From NCBI GenBank assembly GCA_965649765.1, contig OZ287749.1:12710001-12774000 (forward strand): a stretch of DNA of 64,000 bases. Direction: 5' to 3'. The position numbers and the translations under genes were made by a program. The notes under the pieces were generated by a model. That model had not been told where the DNA came from. It searched no databases and was given only the letters and a program-made list of their open reading frames with translations. The DNA comes from Bispira polyomma. Lineage: Eukaryota. Shown here piece after piece: positions 12,940-26,928 of this stretch; position 1 is the first letter of the stretch, and each line of letters begins with the position of its first letter.

Positions 12940-13460
12940 AACGGGAATACCATCGACCATTATCTACTTTTCAACACCTTGAAACAGTGGTTTGGACTAA
13001 ATGGCACAGTCCCAGATTGGATTAGATCCTATCTGACCTCTAGAGCCCCCAAACTCAAACTGGATGATCAGTTTTCATCCTCTTTCCGTCTATCCTTTGG
13101 AGTGCCCCACGGGTTGGTGTCCGGACCTCTAATGTTTACATTCCACACACATTCCCCAGTACAGTTATCAATAATCACAACATTAAACACCACCTATATG
13201 CTGATGACACTGAAATCTATCTCCCTCTTAATCCAAAATGCCCACAAAAATCTGGGTTTACTTGCTGACTGTCTTTGAATTGAATTGCTCCAAATAAAAT
13301 TAAATCCGGACAAAACTGAATTTCTTCTTATTGGAAGTAATAAACATTGTGAGTACCTCAGATCATTATTCCTCCATCACACTACCGGGCAATGATATAC
13401 AGCCCCCTGATAATATTAAGAACCTTGGTGTCACCATTGACTCCACTTTCTCATTTGATA
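12940..13460 (+). mobile_element. L2/CR1-group LINE RT fragment
   Basis: TIDH.LL..LKQWFGLNGTV.DWIRSYL, FGVPHG.V.GPLMF, HHLYADDTEIY, LNPDKTEFLLIG, NLGVT.DS. Confidence 0.8.
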
Positions 13461-14108
13461 AACACCATGGGGATCCATAGTGATCTTAATATTTACACAT
13501 GTCAAAAGTCCAAGTATTTTGTAAGATGAATTCTTGAACTAAAGGAAACTTCTTGAATTTGACTGACAATGGAGTTTTCCATCAACATACTATTTTGCTA
13601 CATTTTAGGCAGTCAGTTTTGTATTTGGTACATAGATTATATCATTTCTCATATTGGTTAGCTGTAATCTTACTGTGTGTGCTCTCTCACCTGTGACTGT
13701 AAAGTGTATACACAAAGTGTGCTGTGTAGCTTCCCGCTTGCACAGTCCTCATCAATGTCATCTTCCCGTTGGATGTTCACATTAACCTTTTTTGAATGGC
13801 CAGTTGACTTGTTTTGGCGTCATTGGAATTTTTACGGTTGTTATCCCTCCTGGGATATCTGCCTGCAACATTTTAACTATAAGTTTTATGGTAGTATCTG
13901 CACCCCATATTTCAACATGAGCATTAGACAGTCTACAATATTCTGAATCTCAGAGACATTTTTTAGTGGAAAGAATCCGGTGCAACAGTTATATTGAAGC
14001 CAGATAATGTTATGATCGGTTACAGAATATTAACAAATTTTAAAATTTTCTTTCAAGTTCAGATCGTCAATGACTATATTTAAGTCCATGTTTCACTTTT
14101 GTCGTGAT

Positions 14109-14371
14109 GGGGCCGCGGTGGCCTAGTGGTTAGCAAGCATTGCGCTTCACAATCACTGGTCTCTCACTTTTGGGCGGCGTGAGTTCGAATCCCGTCGATG
14201 CCTATGTGGGAAAGGTGGTAGTTCTTTACTGTGGGCTACTGGTTTCAGTGCAGAACCTTGATCAACTGTATGCAGTGTTTCCTCCAGCATTTCCAACTAC
14301 CCGTCCCAATATAACCTAAACAGGTACTAGAGTGGACGTTAAATATCCAAAATAAAAAAAAAGCAAAAAAA
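14109..14371 (+). mobile_element. tRNA-derived SINE with TSD
   Basis: ggggccgcggTGGCCTAGTGGttag (A box), gaGTTCGAATCcc (B box), A-rich tail, TSD act(t/a)ttgtcgtgat at 14095-14108 and 14372-14385; second copy at 41716. Confidence 0.9.
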
Positions 14372-15049
14372 ACTATTGTCGTGATATGTTAAGTGGAGGT
14401 GGTTTAGATGGCAAGTTGATGTTTCTTGAATATGCTATACTTAGGTTTCGTTCTCTGGGTTGTACACTTGACAATTGCTTGTGTTGAATAAAAGTTTAAT
14501 CTTTGTTTTCTTCTTTTATTTCAACATTAATTACAATACTATAATAATATATAAAAGTTTTGAAGTTCTTTTTTGATGGTACTTCTCTGTGGAGCTTGAT
14601 GTAACTGATTCCATATTACAGACTCTGGACACAAGACCCAGAATGCTGTGCTTAAAACTATATAATCTGATCTCTCTCTCTTAGTCTCATCTCTTCTCTG
14701 GTGCTCCTTAATTATATACAGAACATTGGCATGCATACCATCCGTCACAGATATTACAGTCTCTGGAATTCTACAGTAAATACTGGTCACATGATTGTAG
14801 AACATAAGTAAAATGGCCAAATATCACATGATTAGGGATTTAATAAGTTTAGTAAACTTAATACATTGAATGGTCATGGGATCAAAACATTGCCTATTAT
14901 GGTATTGGGAAGGGTCGTGTGACTTGGTGTGCATCAAAATGTTGATTGTCATGTGACTTGCAATGTTTGTCATTTGTTTTCTGTGAATCAGACATGTCTG
15001 TACTGGATTATGAGAAAGCAATACATCTTTTCAGTGCATGTGGTTTGAA

Positions 15050-16230
15050 AGTTCTTTCTCATAGAATCCCCGAAATGTTTACAAAATCTTAAACACAAAT
15101 GAGAACTTGGGCCATATTTGAAGGACAAATAACATAACACCTGATTAATAAAATCATATGTAAAACATCTAGCTCTTGTTGTAAACCTAGATGTATAATC
15201 TATTTACAGGTTCAGTAATTTCTCAAATATATATTAGGATAGACAATAATAAACATTGTTTAACATAATTAGGATTAATTGAATAATTACTGAAAAAATG
15301 AAACTTTTATTAATTCTACCATTTTCTTCCGTAATAACACACTTAAACAATAACATATGTTTTTATCAGCTTAATATGATGGTGACCCTTAGAAACAAAA
15401 TTCTCTAAGTCACTATCCCATTTGATCACTTGACTCTTGTCCCATTTTTGACGTTTAGCTGGAAATAAATGTTTTAATTGACAAGAATATTTATTATTCC
15501 ATATAGATAAAACAGCATTTAAATTCTGTTTATTCATTTTACAATACAAGTCATCTCACGCTGTTTTATTCTTTAAAAGTACTTTCAGAAGACAAGGAAT
15601 GTAGGGCCTTTTGAGATCAACTAAGTCATTTAGTGTGTTAATTTTCAGAAAATTAATTGCGTCTGTCTTTACTTGGGAGTATTTCAAGAAATTAATATCA
15701 GGAAAGTCATATAATACCTCTGTCGTTTCCTGGCTTAGAAAGTTGCATTTTGAAATAATGTCGCCAACAACAATACCTTTTCATACCATTTAGGCTAGAA
15801 GAAATTATAGATATTCTTCTTGTGCCATAATGGAGTACAAAGTAAGTAATCTTTTGTTGTTTTGTCTAGATCATTTGGGATAGAAAAAGTGTTGGCCAAA
15901 ATCTGTTATTTTTTCGATCGGTGAAAGATTCAATTTAAATAATTTGCACCAGTGATAACCTTGTCTTGTTCTAAGTCTTCTAATTCGTCTTAGCTTCAAG
16001 GCTTTAACAAATAGTTCAGTGTTTATAATTTGGAAAAATCTGGGGCCTGCTAATTTTAGCTGGCTGTCCGTCCCACAGAAAATTGTATTTTAAATTATAA
16101 ATTTTTTACAGAACTGGTAATGAGGTAAAGGAATAGATATAAACAAGTTATTTAATTAAGACAAGTTAAGAGTTTATATGATAGTAATTTTTCCTCAGGC
16201 AATCAATGACGTTTTTCTTCGGAAGTCTTT
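15050..16230 (-). mobile_element. L1/Tx1 ORF2 3'-half remnant
   Basis: Minus-strand FLWDGQPAKI (~16055-16085), KALKL.RIRRL, GIVVGDII; parallels the 6080-7620 segment; heavily degraded. Confidence 0.65.
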
Positions 16231-16647
16231 CACATTTTTTATTTTAGTGCTTGCTCAGTTGTAATTCAATTCGGGTATTTGATCTAATGAATGGCGCAAT
16301 CTAACGCAATCTAACGCAATGAATGGCAAACATACGTGCTTTGAAGGAATTTGCAAATCTGTGGAGAAGAAATTCCAATATAGATATATGACATAATATA
16401 TATTGCAAAATATATTACTTCTTTTCAGATTTCCATCCATCTTGCATAAAGCATTTTTCAATTTTCTCTACATAGTAAAAGTCCATGTGGTTTCCAACAA
16501 ATGACACAAATATCATACACCTTTATGAAGCGGACTATATATACAAGGGTAACAAGTGCGTTTAAAAAAAAAGGCAAGCCCATTTTCTGAGCCCAACATT
16601 TCGAAACACCAAAAAATAATGTAAACTCTTTATTTTATCATACAAAT

Positions 16648-17430
16648 ACAATAACATTTCTAAAATATACCTTGTGTCCATTATTTTCTTCAATTTGCTT
16701 TCCAAATGTCCATGTGCTTCCCCAACTATGCAATGTTTATTTTTAAGATTTGTCACGCATGTAGGTTAACAAATAAGGTAGACAGATCATTTATTTTAAG
16801 TTATAAGTTGTCGGGGCCCGTATTCACTAAAGTTCTTACAATAACATTTCTAAAATATACCTTGTGTCCATTATTTTCTTCAATTTGCTTTCCAAATGTC
16901 CATGTGCTTCCCCAACTATGCAATGTTTATTTTTAAGATTTGTCACGCATGTATGGTCAGCCAATCAGAATCCTTGATACAGTAAACAATGCAATCGCTT
17001 CATACTAACAGACATTGACCCTCAACAATGCAAGATGAAGTTGTAAACAAAGCAACTTCTGTGAGATATAAAATATGTTGGGCATTCTGTTTCAATTTGA
17101 CTTTTATATAGACAGGTTAACAAATAAGGTAGACAGATCATTTTTTTTAAGTTATAAGTTGTCAGGGCCCGTATTCACTAAAGTTCTTACAATAACATTT
17201 CTAAAATATACCTTGTGTCCATTATTTTCTTCAATTTGCTTTCCAAATGTCCATGTGCTTCCCCAACTATGCAATGTTTATTTTTAAGATTTGTCATGCA
17301 TGTATGGTCAGCCAATCAGAATCCTTGATACAGTAAACAATGCAATCGCTTCATACTAACAGACATTGACCCTCAACAATGCAAGATGAAGTTGTAAACA
17401 AAGCAACTTCTGTGAGATATAAAATATGTT
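16648..17430. repeat. Complex near-identical local triplication
   Basis: acaataacatttctaaaatataccttgtgtcc... starts at 16648, 16838 and 17189; copies are separated by copies of the flank plus TIR start of the element at 17845; diverged relative at ~22780-23010. Confidence 0.85.
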
Positions 17431-17844
17431 ATTTCGCTGTTATTATTTTAAATAATGGCCTCACATTTTGATAGAAGATGCAAAAGTATTTATTCTATGT
17501 AAAAATATTTACTTTGTTGTTAAAGGTTGACATTTCCATTGAACTTTTGTAAAACTTCCAGCTTGAGAGATCTGCGAAATAATGTGACCAAAATATTGCA
17601 CCACAAGACTATACGCTAGCTTAATGGTGGACTGTAATAAAATTGTCAAAATACGAAATAAAATGGCGTTTGTAAAAGTACTGTTCAATTAGGGTAATGT
17701 AATATGTTATGAAGTAAAAGCTGTGAGAAAAATATAAGATGTATTGTATAAACAAGTTGGGCATTCTGTTTCAATTTGACTTTTAGGTAGACAGGTTAAC
17801 AAATAAGGTAGACAGATCATTTTTTTTAAGTTATAAGTTGTCAG

Positions 17845-18439
17845 GGCCCGTATTCACTAAAGTTCTTATACTTAGAATAATTGTTATACTTAAAATAAGA
17901 ATTATTCTTATACTTAGAATAAGAATCATTATTAACTTAAGAAAATTTACTATTCTAAGAATTGTGAAAAGCAATACATAAGAACGCCAGGGGCCGTATT
18001 TACTAAAGTTCTTATAATTAGAATAAGAACTTTTGGTATTCACTGAAGTTCTTATACTGAGAATAATTCTTATACTTAGAATTATTCTTAGAAAAATTCT
18101 TATACTTAGAATTATTCTAAGTAAAATCCTTACACTTAAAATTTAAGTTAAGAAAAAGACATGGCATTCTTTTGTGCAAGCCTTAGTTAAGAAAATTCTT
18201 GTTCTAAGTATAAGAATAAAAAATTCTTAGAATAGAAAATTTTCTACGTATAAGAATGATTCTTATTCTAAGTATAAGAATGATTCTTATTCTAATATAA
18301 CAACTTTAGTGCATACGGCCCTATGTCTTTTTCTTAACTTAAGTAAGGTCTTGACCATTCTTAGAATCAAAGCTCATTCTAAGAATAATTCCAAGTATAA
18401 GAATTATTCTAAGTATAAGAACTTTAGTGAATACAGGCC
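17845..18439. mobile_element. Foldback-like Harbinger/PIF-type MITE with a nested inner TIR pair
   Basis: CAG|ggcccgtattcactaaagttcttatacttagaataat ... attattctaagtataagaactttagtgaatacaggcc|CAG (3-bp TSD); inner pair gggccgtatttactaaagtt (17991) / aactttagtgcatacggccc (18321); many ttcttatacttagaat subrepeats in both orientations. Confidence 0.8.
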
Positions 18440-18676
18440 CAGGTCGATAGACAATTTTTTTTGTAAGTTATAAGTTGACAGGTCGAGATAATATTTGTAG
18501 TAGGTTATTGGTAAACTGGTCGACAGATAGAGAATTGGTTTATGGGTTATAGATAGACAGGTTAACAGATAGACAGATAATATTGGTTTATTTTACTTTT
18601 AGGTAGACAGGTCGACACATAGATACATGTCTCCACTGCCCTCTTGTTGATAATGATCTCTTTAATAATTTTATTA

Positions 18677-19918
18677 TTGTATCCACCGATCCGGAGATCA
18701 GTGGATACTTTAGTTAGCATTTGCTACGCTGCCGCCGCCGCCACCCCCGCCGCCGCAGAGAGATTTTTGCCGTTTACACTCTCAGCGGAAAACTAAACCA
18801 GCTAGCTTCACCAAATTTGCAGGATATCTTCATTAAGAGGTAAGCTCCTCTGTGACTGAAATTAGCCTCATTCGGACAAACAAGATGGCCGCCATCAGCA
18901 TTTCTTTAAAAATTATCCAACTTTTAGAGAGATTTTCGCTGTTAACACTCTCAGCGGAAAACTAGACTAGCTAGCTTCACCAAATTTGCAGGATATCTTC
19001 ATTGGGAGGTAAGCTTCTCTGCGACTAAAATAAGCCACATTCTGAAAAAGAAGATGGCCGCCATCAGCATTTCTTCGAAAATCATTTACCTTTTTCTACT
19101 GGCTGGTTCTCATAACTAGAAGGTTAAATCTCTTCATAAGTGATATGTATAACAGATATATATGTTCTCTACAAGCATGCAGACATTTGACCTTGAAGCT
19201 TTTCATTCAAGGTCATCCACATAGTGCCAAAGTACCCCACATAGCAAACTTTAAAAGTGCCTACATCTCCCTTATTATTGGTCCTAGAGGTTTGGAATGT
19301 GAAGCCTACCTATTGGAAATCATGAGCTAGGAATCTTCTGATGTGGTCAGGTTTGACCTTGAATCCCTCATTCAAAGTCAAAAAGGGTATCAAAACTTAA
19401 AAGTGCTTCTAACTCACTTATTATTGGTCCTAGAGGTTTACCATGTGAAGCCTACCTATAGGAAATCATAGGTTAGGAATCTTTTGGTGTGGTCAGGTTT
19501 GACCTTGGATCCCTCATTCAAGGTCAGACGAGGGTAGTTAAACTTAAAAGTGCTTATAACTCGCTTAATATTGGTCCTACAGTTTGGAGATGTAAAAGCA
19601 ACCCATAGGAAATCATGGGCTGGGAGTCTTCTGATGTGGTCAGGTTTGACCTTAGACCCCTCCTTCAAGGTCAAATGACAATAGCCAAAGTTAAAAGTGA
19701 TTATAACTCACTTATTATTGGTCCTACAGGTTTCCAATGTGAAACCAACTTATAGGTAATCATGGGCTGGGAATCTTCTGGTGTCTTCAAATTTAACCTT
19801 GGGCACCTCCTTCAAGGTCAGACGAGGGTAGCCATATCTTGGGTGCTTCCTACCTAGGGTGCTCTGTCTTTCTGGTGGATACAAATATGCATCGGTTCTC
19901 CGATGCGCTCGGTCTAGT
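18677..19918 (+). mobile_element. Non-autonomous Helentron-type element (HINE, DINE-1/pearl-like) with internal tandem repeats
   Basis: 5' subTIR ttgtatccacc with adjacent IR gtggatac (18701); (GCC)n microsatellite; 2 x ~170-bp and ~4 x 147-bp internal repeats (aaaagtg at 19253, 19399, 19546, 19693); 3' subTIR ggtggatacaa (19874); hairpin gcatcgg-ttct-ccgatgc; ctagt end. Confidence 0.8.
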
Positions 19919-20329
19919 TTATAATTGGTAGATAAAAGATTTGCCCACAAAGTAGGAATAGATTTCGGTAAAGGATCACCTTGCAACCTCTTTGTATATT
20001 ACAAAATTTAGATAAAACACCAAATTGAAGAACTGAAGCTTTTATATCAGTGTAAAAAAGCTTGACCCATTTTAATAATTCATTTTCAAACTTTTAAAGA
20101 ACACAATACATGACTTTCCAAGATATAGAGTTAAAGGTTTTTCAAAGTCTATTAAGATCAATAATCCATCAATTTTGTTATTTTCGATGTGGTTCATTTA
20201 GTCATATATTAAACAAGTAGTGTCACTAATAAATCTGCGATGTGTGGTTGATATCAGCTTAGAGTGACCTTTGGCCATTCTGATATTGTTACCACTACTC
20301 CCAATTTTTTTTTGTGGACAGCACTATCA

Positions 20330-21190
20330 TTTATGAGACATCTCGCCCCGTGAAACAACTTGCCCTGTGAATTTTGGGACAGCTCACCTCCTATAACAAA
20401 GCGCCCTCTAAGAAAACTCGCCCCGCAAAAGGTATAGGGGAATATAGCAGTGAAAAGATGTATCATTTTTGTATCACCAGAAAGCTTGTATAATGTGCAT
20501 TTATTAAAACAAATATTAATTTAATTGGTGAAATACGTGGATATATTTCATCAACGCATGTAATATATACACATATTTTTTAGAGATAAATATAGCTACT
20601 GTCGGGGACTTCTGTTAATTGCTTCCTTGCAAGTTATATAGGTGTAGATATAAAATGTTAGCGATTCTTGCAGAGTCAAAGGTCAGAGACAGTTTAATAT
20701 CCTTATATGGAAGTTGGTAGTTCTGGTGCTCTCCACGATGATTGCCTAATTCTCATAAATTCTTCCATTGTCATTCATATAAACATGCTTTTCTTCCGAG
20801 GTATATATAAACCACGGATTTAATAAAAAACAAGGTCTGCCGATTTAACATTTCATTTATCTATTAATAGCTGAAACTTTATTAAAGAGTAATAAAATTT
20901 ATTAAAATATGAACTTATAATAAATATCTTTTAATTTATAGCAAAATATTGTTGGCCGTGACTTAAATTTATTTTCGATGCTGTGGAAGAAAGATAATAC
21001 TTTAATCCATGCTGCCGTGATATAAAGCTCTTTGTAAAAAATATTGTAAGAAAGGCAATTGATTTTATTAATAATTTAAATTTAATTATAAAAAGGGGAG
21101 AGTCCATATATCAATTTAATAAAATAGGAGGCGATCTGTCTTTTTCATAAAAGGGGTGAGTTGTTGTCGAGGGCGAAATGTCTTGATACC
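20330..21190. mobile_element. Old MITE with degenerate TIRs
   Basis: agacatctcgcccc..aacaact (20336) vs agttgtt..gggcgaaatgtct (21159-21183); repeated ctcgcccc / ggggcgag-like subterminal motifs. Confidence 0.55.
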
Positions 21191-23329
21191 ACACTATCGA
21201 CCAGTTCCGTTCATTATTTGAACTTAATTTTCGAGAGTTAGGTGATGTTGGTACTGAGGATGTGTCACATGCTTTATTATATTTTTTTTCTTATTTTATT
21301 TTGTTTGTAAAATACGATTTACCTTTTGACCTACTAATTACTGCATATTTTGCGATGTTCTTCTTCCGTGGAGCCAATCCCTGTTCAAGCCTTAACAAGA
21401 CATATATATATATATATATATGTATGACAAACATTCAGTTTGGGGATATATATAACATACATATGTACACGTTTGTGCTTTTCCGACAAGTAATGAAGAC
21501 ATTAAACAAAAGATCAATTAAATTTTTTTAAATCATGGACGAGGAGTAGCGAATATAGAATAAAGTATTTTTTAAGTCCTTTCGAATTTCTAAATACACA
21601 CTCATACTAAACTACAATACCCCCATAATTATAGTAGCATAACATTTTCATTTTTTTACCTTCGAGTGTGCTACTACCGAGTATCTAAAATACCTACAGG
21701 CCCGGATGTTGTTGGTCTATCAGATGTGAAGTTCGGCCTCGTTTTAGAAGAAGTGTCGTTTACTAAATTATGTCATTCTTTTGTTATGTCTGAGATTTTT
21801 ATGAATGGCAAACGTAAACGACCTCCCCGTTATGCAATGTATATCAGCATCTGTATATATATTTGTTTTTATTGCTACATTTGACAATATTTAAACAAGA
21901 AGTTTACGGAAAATGCCGAAGACGTTCTTTTTTTTAATAGCTTATTATACTGGCCTGTCATTGCTGTCAAGCAGTTTCCGGAAATATCAAAGTACCCGTC
22001 TTGTTTTACTTATTTTATGACAAAGCGTTTTTATTTTTTTTACACATCGTTGACTGTTCGTGCCAAGTCAAAGGTCAGCTTACGTTTGAATCCATATTTG
22101 GTTCCCTGATTGCCGATTAAAAAATATGCATATAGAATAAAACTAGTCTGTCTTTGAACCGCTCAGAATATCATCTGTTCATCCAAAACGAGTTGTAACC
22201 TGGAACTTGTGTTTGCTTGGTATGTAGAAGTTTATGGAAAATGCCGAATACATCTTTTTTATTATGATGGTTAACAATTTTTCCTCCTATTAAGCAAATA
22301 ATTAAAATTTATGGTTTTAATTGCTTTGTGGGCTATTTGTGGGCTATATACTGGTTCACTCTAATAAGTCCAACATTGACAAAGCATATGTTCATTTACA
22401 GGCAATAATTAAATTTCTATTTAAGACCAAAAAACGTGATAGAAGCCGAAAATAGGAGGTAGGCCAAAAATATAAGGATTGACCATAATAGCTTTTGATA
22501 CTGGCCTAAATAATGATGTGTATACCAATAAAACGAAAATAGAGGTATACCAAAATATAACGGATATTAATGGCGAAATGCTTCATTATTATTAGGAAAA
22601 CAAGATGGACTTTTAAATGGTGAAATATATTGTAGTTTGAATATGCGATTGAGATATATCTGTGTGCTTTCCTGGTGACAATATTTGTTGTTGATCAGCT
22701 GTTATTTTTTTCCAAGTTCATTGTTATATAAGTCCGTTTATTAATTTAACTTCATTGCCGAATCGATCTTGTCATACAAACACAATAACATTTTATAAAA
22801 TATGAACATTTAATCAAATTTGACCTTATAAATCTGTTTCAAAATAAATATTCTACTTTCGTAGACCATGTGCTTTCCAAACTAGGCAATATTTATTGTT
22901 AAGATACTTTGAAACGTCACAGCTGTGTGTCTGGTCAGCCAATCAAAATCGTTGACACAGTAACCAATAAAATCGCTTCATACTAACAAACCTTGACCCT
23001 CAACAATAACATGGAACGGCAATCCAAACTAGTTGTCAAAATAAGAAGAGATTCTATTGTACTAGTACCCTAAAAATTAAATAAAAAGTGTTTTTTTGAG
23101 ATGCCAGCTTTTATCTCTTAAAAGGTAGTAAGATCAGCTTTTATTAATTAATCGGCCTTCAGAAGTTTTGTTGGGAGAAAATATAAGCCGGTTATACTAT
23201 GTTTACTACGAGTAGCAGTGCTGCGATAGCTTTTAAAAATAATTTTTAGAAATTTATCAAAATATTATATTTTACTGAGCGATAATAAAAGACTTTATCT
23301 TACCCACAGTATGTTATGTTATGTTATGT

Positions 23330-25285
23330 AGATGGTTCTCTGTTCATGATAAAATCTGTCCATGTCTTGTTGGTGCATGTGCAGTAACTTGCTTCCTTGT
23401 TAGAATAATGGCAGCTGGGATGTCTGTTGGTTTGTTCTCTCGGCCAGCTAGCTGTCACTGAATGCTTGTTCAGTTTATCTCTGGGTTTATCACCTTTTTG
23501 GAATGCAGCTAATTTAAAGCCGTCGCATACTTCTAGGTAAACACCCTATAGCATAGTTCTCATTCAAAGCCTGTATAGTATACAAATTCTTAATTAGCAC
23601 CAAAAAACTGGGAAGCCATCCATACCAGGTGTTTTGTTATTTTTCATTTTTTCAAGTGCATCATTTCTTTGATAGTTATTTAGTTCTCCAATGCACAAGC
23701 CTCACTATTTTTCATACTGTTAATTTTATTGTTTTCAATTACAGTATCTAAAGTTATGTCTTCAGTGAAATTGTCAGCATTGGAGAATATATTCTCACAA
23801 AAATTCTTAACCTGATTTAGTATATATTTTTAAGCTGTTAACAGAGAAGCACTTTGTAATGTAAGTTTTCTTATTGTTTTATCAATATAATATATTTTCC
23901 ACAAAAATATTTTGTTGCAAGAGGATGTCGATCGGGTCCCTGATTGATATGGGAAAGGGTAATATATCGGGTCCCCGATCGTTGAGTAACAATCTTATAG
24001 ATCAGGTCCCATTAAAATTATATATATATGGTTGTTTGAGTAAAATATGATCTTATATCTACAAATTTGAAGGAAGCAATTAACGGAATAAGGTAAATAA
24101 CAATCCACGTGTATATGACTGATAATAAATATAATTTATGTAAATATACCTGAGAAGGAAGCAATTATCGGTACTTCACAAACGCCCCCAAAAATAGCAA
24201 TTATTGACACAAATGTCTTTTATTTCACGTTATATATTATTCAAGTTTTATTATATGTATATATTAACTTATAGCTACACCCATAACTTGGTAGAACTTT
24301 TTATTTACAGCCTGATCGATAAGGTTAGTTTTAATGTATCAGGGACCCAATCGTTAAGCACATTTCTTATATATCAGGGACCACTTCTATAGCCACTTCG
24401 TATTTTGTTGGTTTTTCATAAAGCAATATATTTTGGACTCAAGAACATATCATAATAAGGCAAATTTTTGTCTCTCTCTTTCTCTAAGATTATTAATTTC
24501 TTTGAGATTGCAAACACTGTTTTGAGTACTTTCGATAATTTTAATTTCTCATTTAAGCTTTTCTTAATCAAAATATTTTTGGGCTTAAAAGCTTTAGAAA
24601 ATTTATTAGTTTCGTCTATAAAGTTGTTTGTTTCCATTGAACCTAGTAACATTATGTTCTTGATTGTTGATTATTGATGTTAACATAGTTATATGAGTTC
24701 TAAATTTAAGTTCGTGTCTCCACATATTTCACTAATTCATTTAATTTCTGAAGTTTTCTAAATGATAAATTGGAAGCATGTATTGCTTTTTCACTATATC
24801 AGACAATTTGTCGAATTAAGATATTTCAAATCTTTGAAGAATCAACAGTTAAATCACAATAAACCTTTACCTGTTTCAAATTTATCGAGACTAAGTTTTC
24901 AGTTCAATTACTAAGTGATCACTTATAAAACTGGGTTGCCTATATTTTGTGCATATACATTTATGATTCTCAGAGATCAAATAAATCTCATTTAACTGTA
25001 AGACAATCTAGAGTATATTTCCCTCTTTATCCATGATAAAGGTTTTAATTTGATATTCAAAATCATTTTTAAGCAGAATAGCTACACTCTGTGAAGCTGT
25101 GTTTACTCCATGGAGTATAATGTCATAATCTAGTTTCTGTCATCTGTCATCTGGTCACATATGTGTATCTTGTAAGCACATCATTTATGTGTTATCATTT
25201 AGAAAGTAATTCATTACATCAATCTTTAATTAACTTGATCTCTTAATCCTTGTACATTTGCTGATGATACCTTAATGGTGTTACC
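23330..25285 (-). mobile_element. Further L1/Tx1 ORF2 5' remnant (APE to start of RT)
   Basis: IKVSSANVQGLRD at ~25240-25280 (homologous to 9620-9660), PGMDGF at ~23612-23630, 'QTSQLPLF' block homologous to RPISLL; very decayed. Confidence 0.65.
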
Positions 25286-26928
25286 TAATACCATTTTTAA
25301 CCATAGAAGAGACATTTCCTTGACAGCTACACAATAATACAAATAACTTGTTATTACCCATAACAGTTCCATCGAAGAAGCTTAAGAAGTATACACTGTA
25401 ACTAAATATAAATTTTTTATTAAATGACATACAATTTGCATTAACATCAATATTTTTCTTCCCAATAAGAATATACATAAAAAAAAATATGTATATTTGT
25501 ACAAAATATGAAGTGCATAATAGGATTGCAAAGGGAAAAAAAAATAACAAAAAAGAAATAACAAAAACTAGAAGCGACTACAGAACTGTACAACATTACA
25601 GTAATTGCCATATTTTAAAGGTTGGAACAATAAGTATCTGATATGATAATATTATTCAAAAAGTAAATTCTCAATACAGGGAAGTATTTAGAGAAAAGTA
25701 ACAGAAAAAACATTGTTACTAGTTAACTCTCTGCACTGACAGTAAGGCTGGATATATTGTCATCTCTGTCAAAGACTTTACTAAAATCAAACAACAAACA
25801 CATTAAAAAGGTGATTTACTTGTGCATAATCTAAAACTATGGATTATAAAGCAAGGTTCATTTGTGGAATATGCCAGAAGGGTGGACACATACTCTAGCA
25901 ATATTATGATGAGCAAACCACACCTAGAGACCCCACCAGAACCCACAACCCAGATAGGTCTCCTTAAGATACAAACATCCACCTCAAGGGTAGTACAAAC
26001 TACAAAAAATGATGCTACCCCCAAAGAGGATGACCAGGAATCATTGATGTGTATTAGGAAACCCACCAGACCAAGTCTGGTGATCCCCAAACACATCAGG
26101 GCCAGGCTTGTGATCCCAGACAGTCTCAAGCAGGATAATTCAAAAGACACCAATTGAATAAAAACACAATAAACAGTCTTTTGTATTTTATTATTTTTTA
26201 AGAAAGTCAAAGACAGTCTATATAAAATGAAATTATTTTATATACACCCATCAGTACATTATATACAAATAGTATAATTAACCTTTTAAATAAAAAAAAA
26301 CCTGTATAAATCAAACAGTGTTTATAATTTACCTTAGTATATATATAAAAAAAAAAAATAACTAGTCATAGTATACATATTCACAAGGTTAAAAAAATAC
26401 ACTTTAACCTAGATATATGTACACTTATGTGTACACCTATTTAGTTACCCAAATTGCTGTATTATCTTATGGACTGCAAGGGACCCCACAAAAGAAAGGG
26501 GACCACTTACCTATATCTTTACAAGAATAAAATAAAAATATATTTCCATGAATAACAGAACTTTCATTACCTGTGTCTATTATAATGTCTGTAAGGGGTG
26601 TAAATAACACCAGGACTCCCACTTCAATAATAGACTACATTTTCAAGTAACACTTGTAACCAGAAGTGAACATATATTCCAATGATACCCAACCTTCCTA
26701 AGTCATTAGGAGGCAATAGGTCTGAATGCAATGTGAATCAAATATGAAATATCATCCCCAAAAAAACTTTAAAATCATTAAAATCGATTTTAAACAATAC
26801 AAAAACTGACTTACCTACTAAATTAAAATTTCACCAACACCAACTTTTCGGGTGAAAAACCGGTGCATACACCAGGTGCAATAAACCGGTGCAATTGCAC
26901 TTCTCAAAAGGTACTTCAGGGGATAAGT

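Noticed and set aside
14109-14200. tRNA gene
   Set aside because: A and B boxes are present but there is no cloverleaf; it has a body, an A-tail, a TSD and a second copy, so it is a SINE.
25803-26210. Overlapping 111-135 aa ORFs upstream of the ribozyme
   Set aside because: No recognisable motif; possibly part of the Penelope remnant but unsupported.
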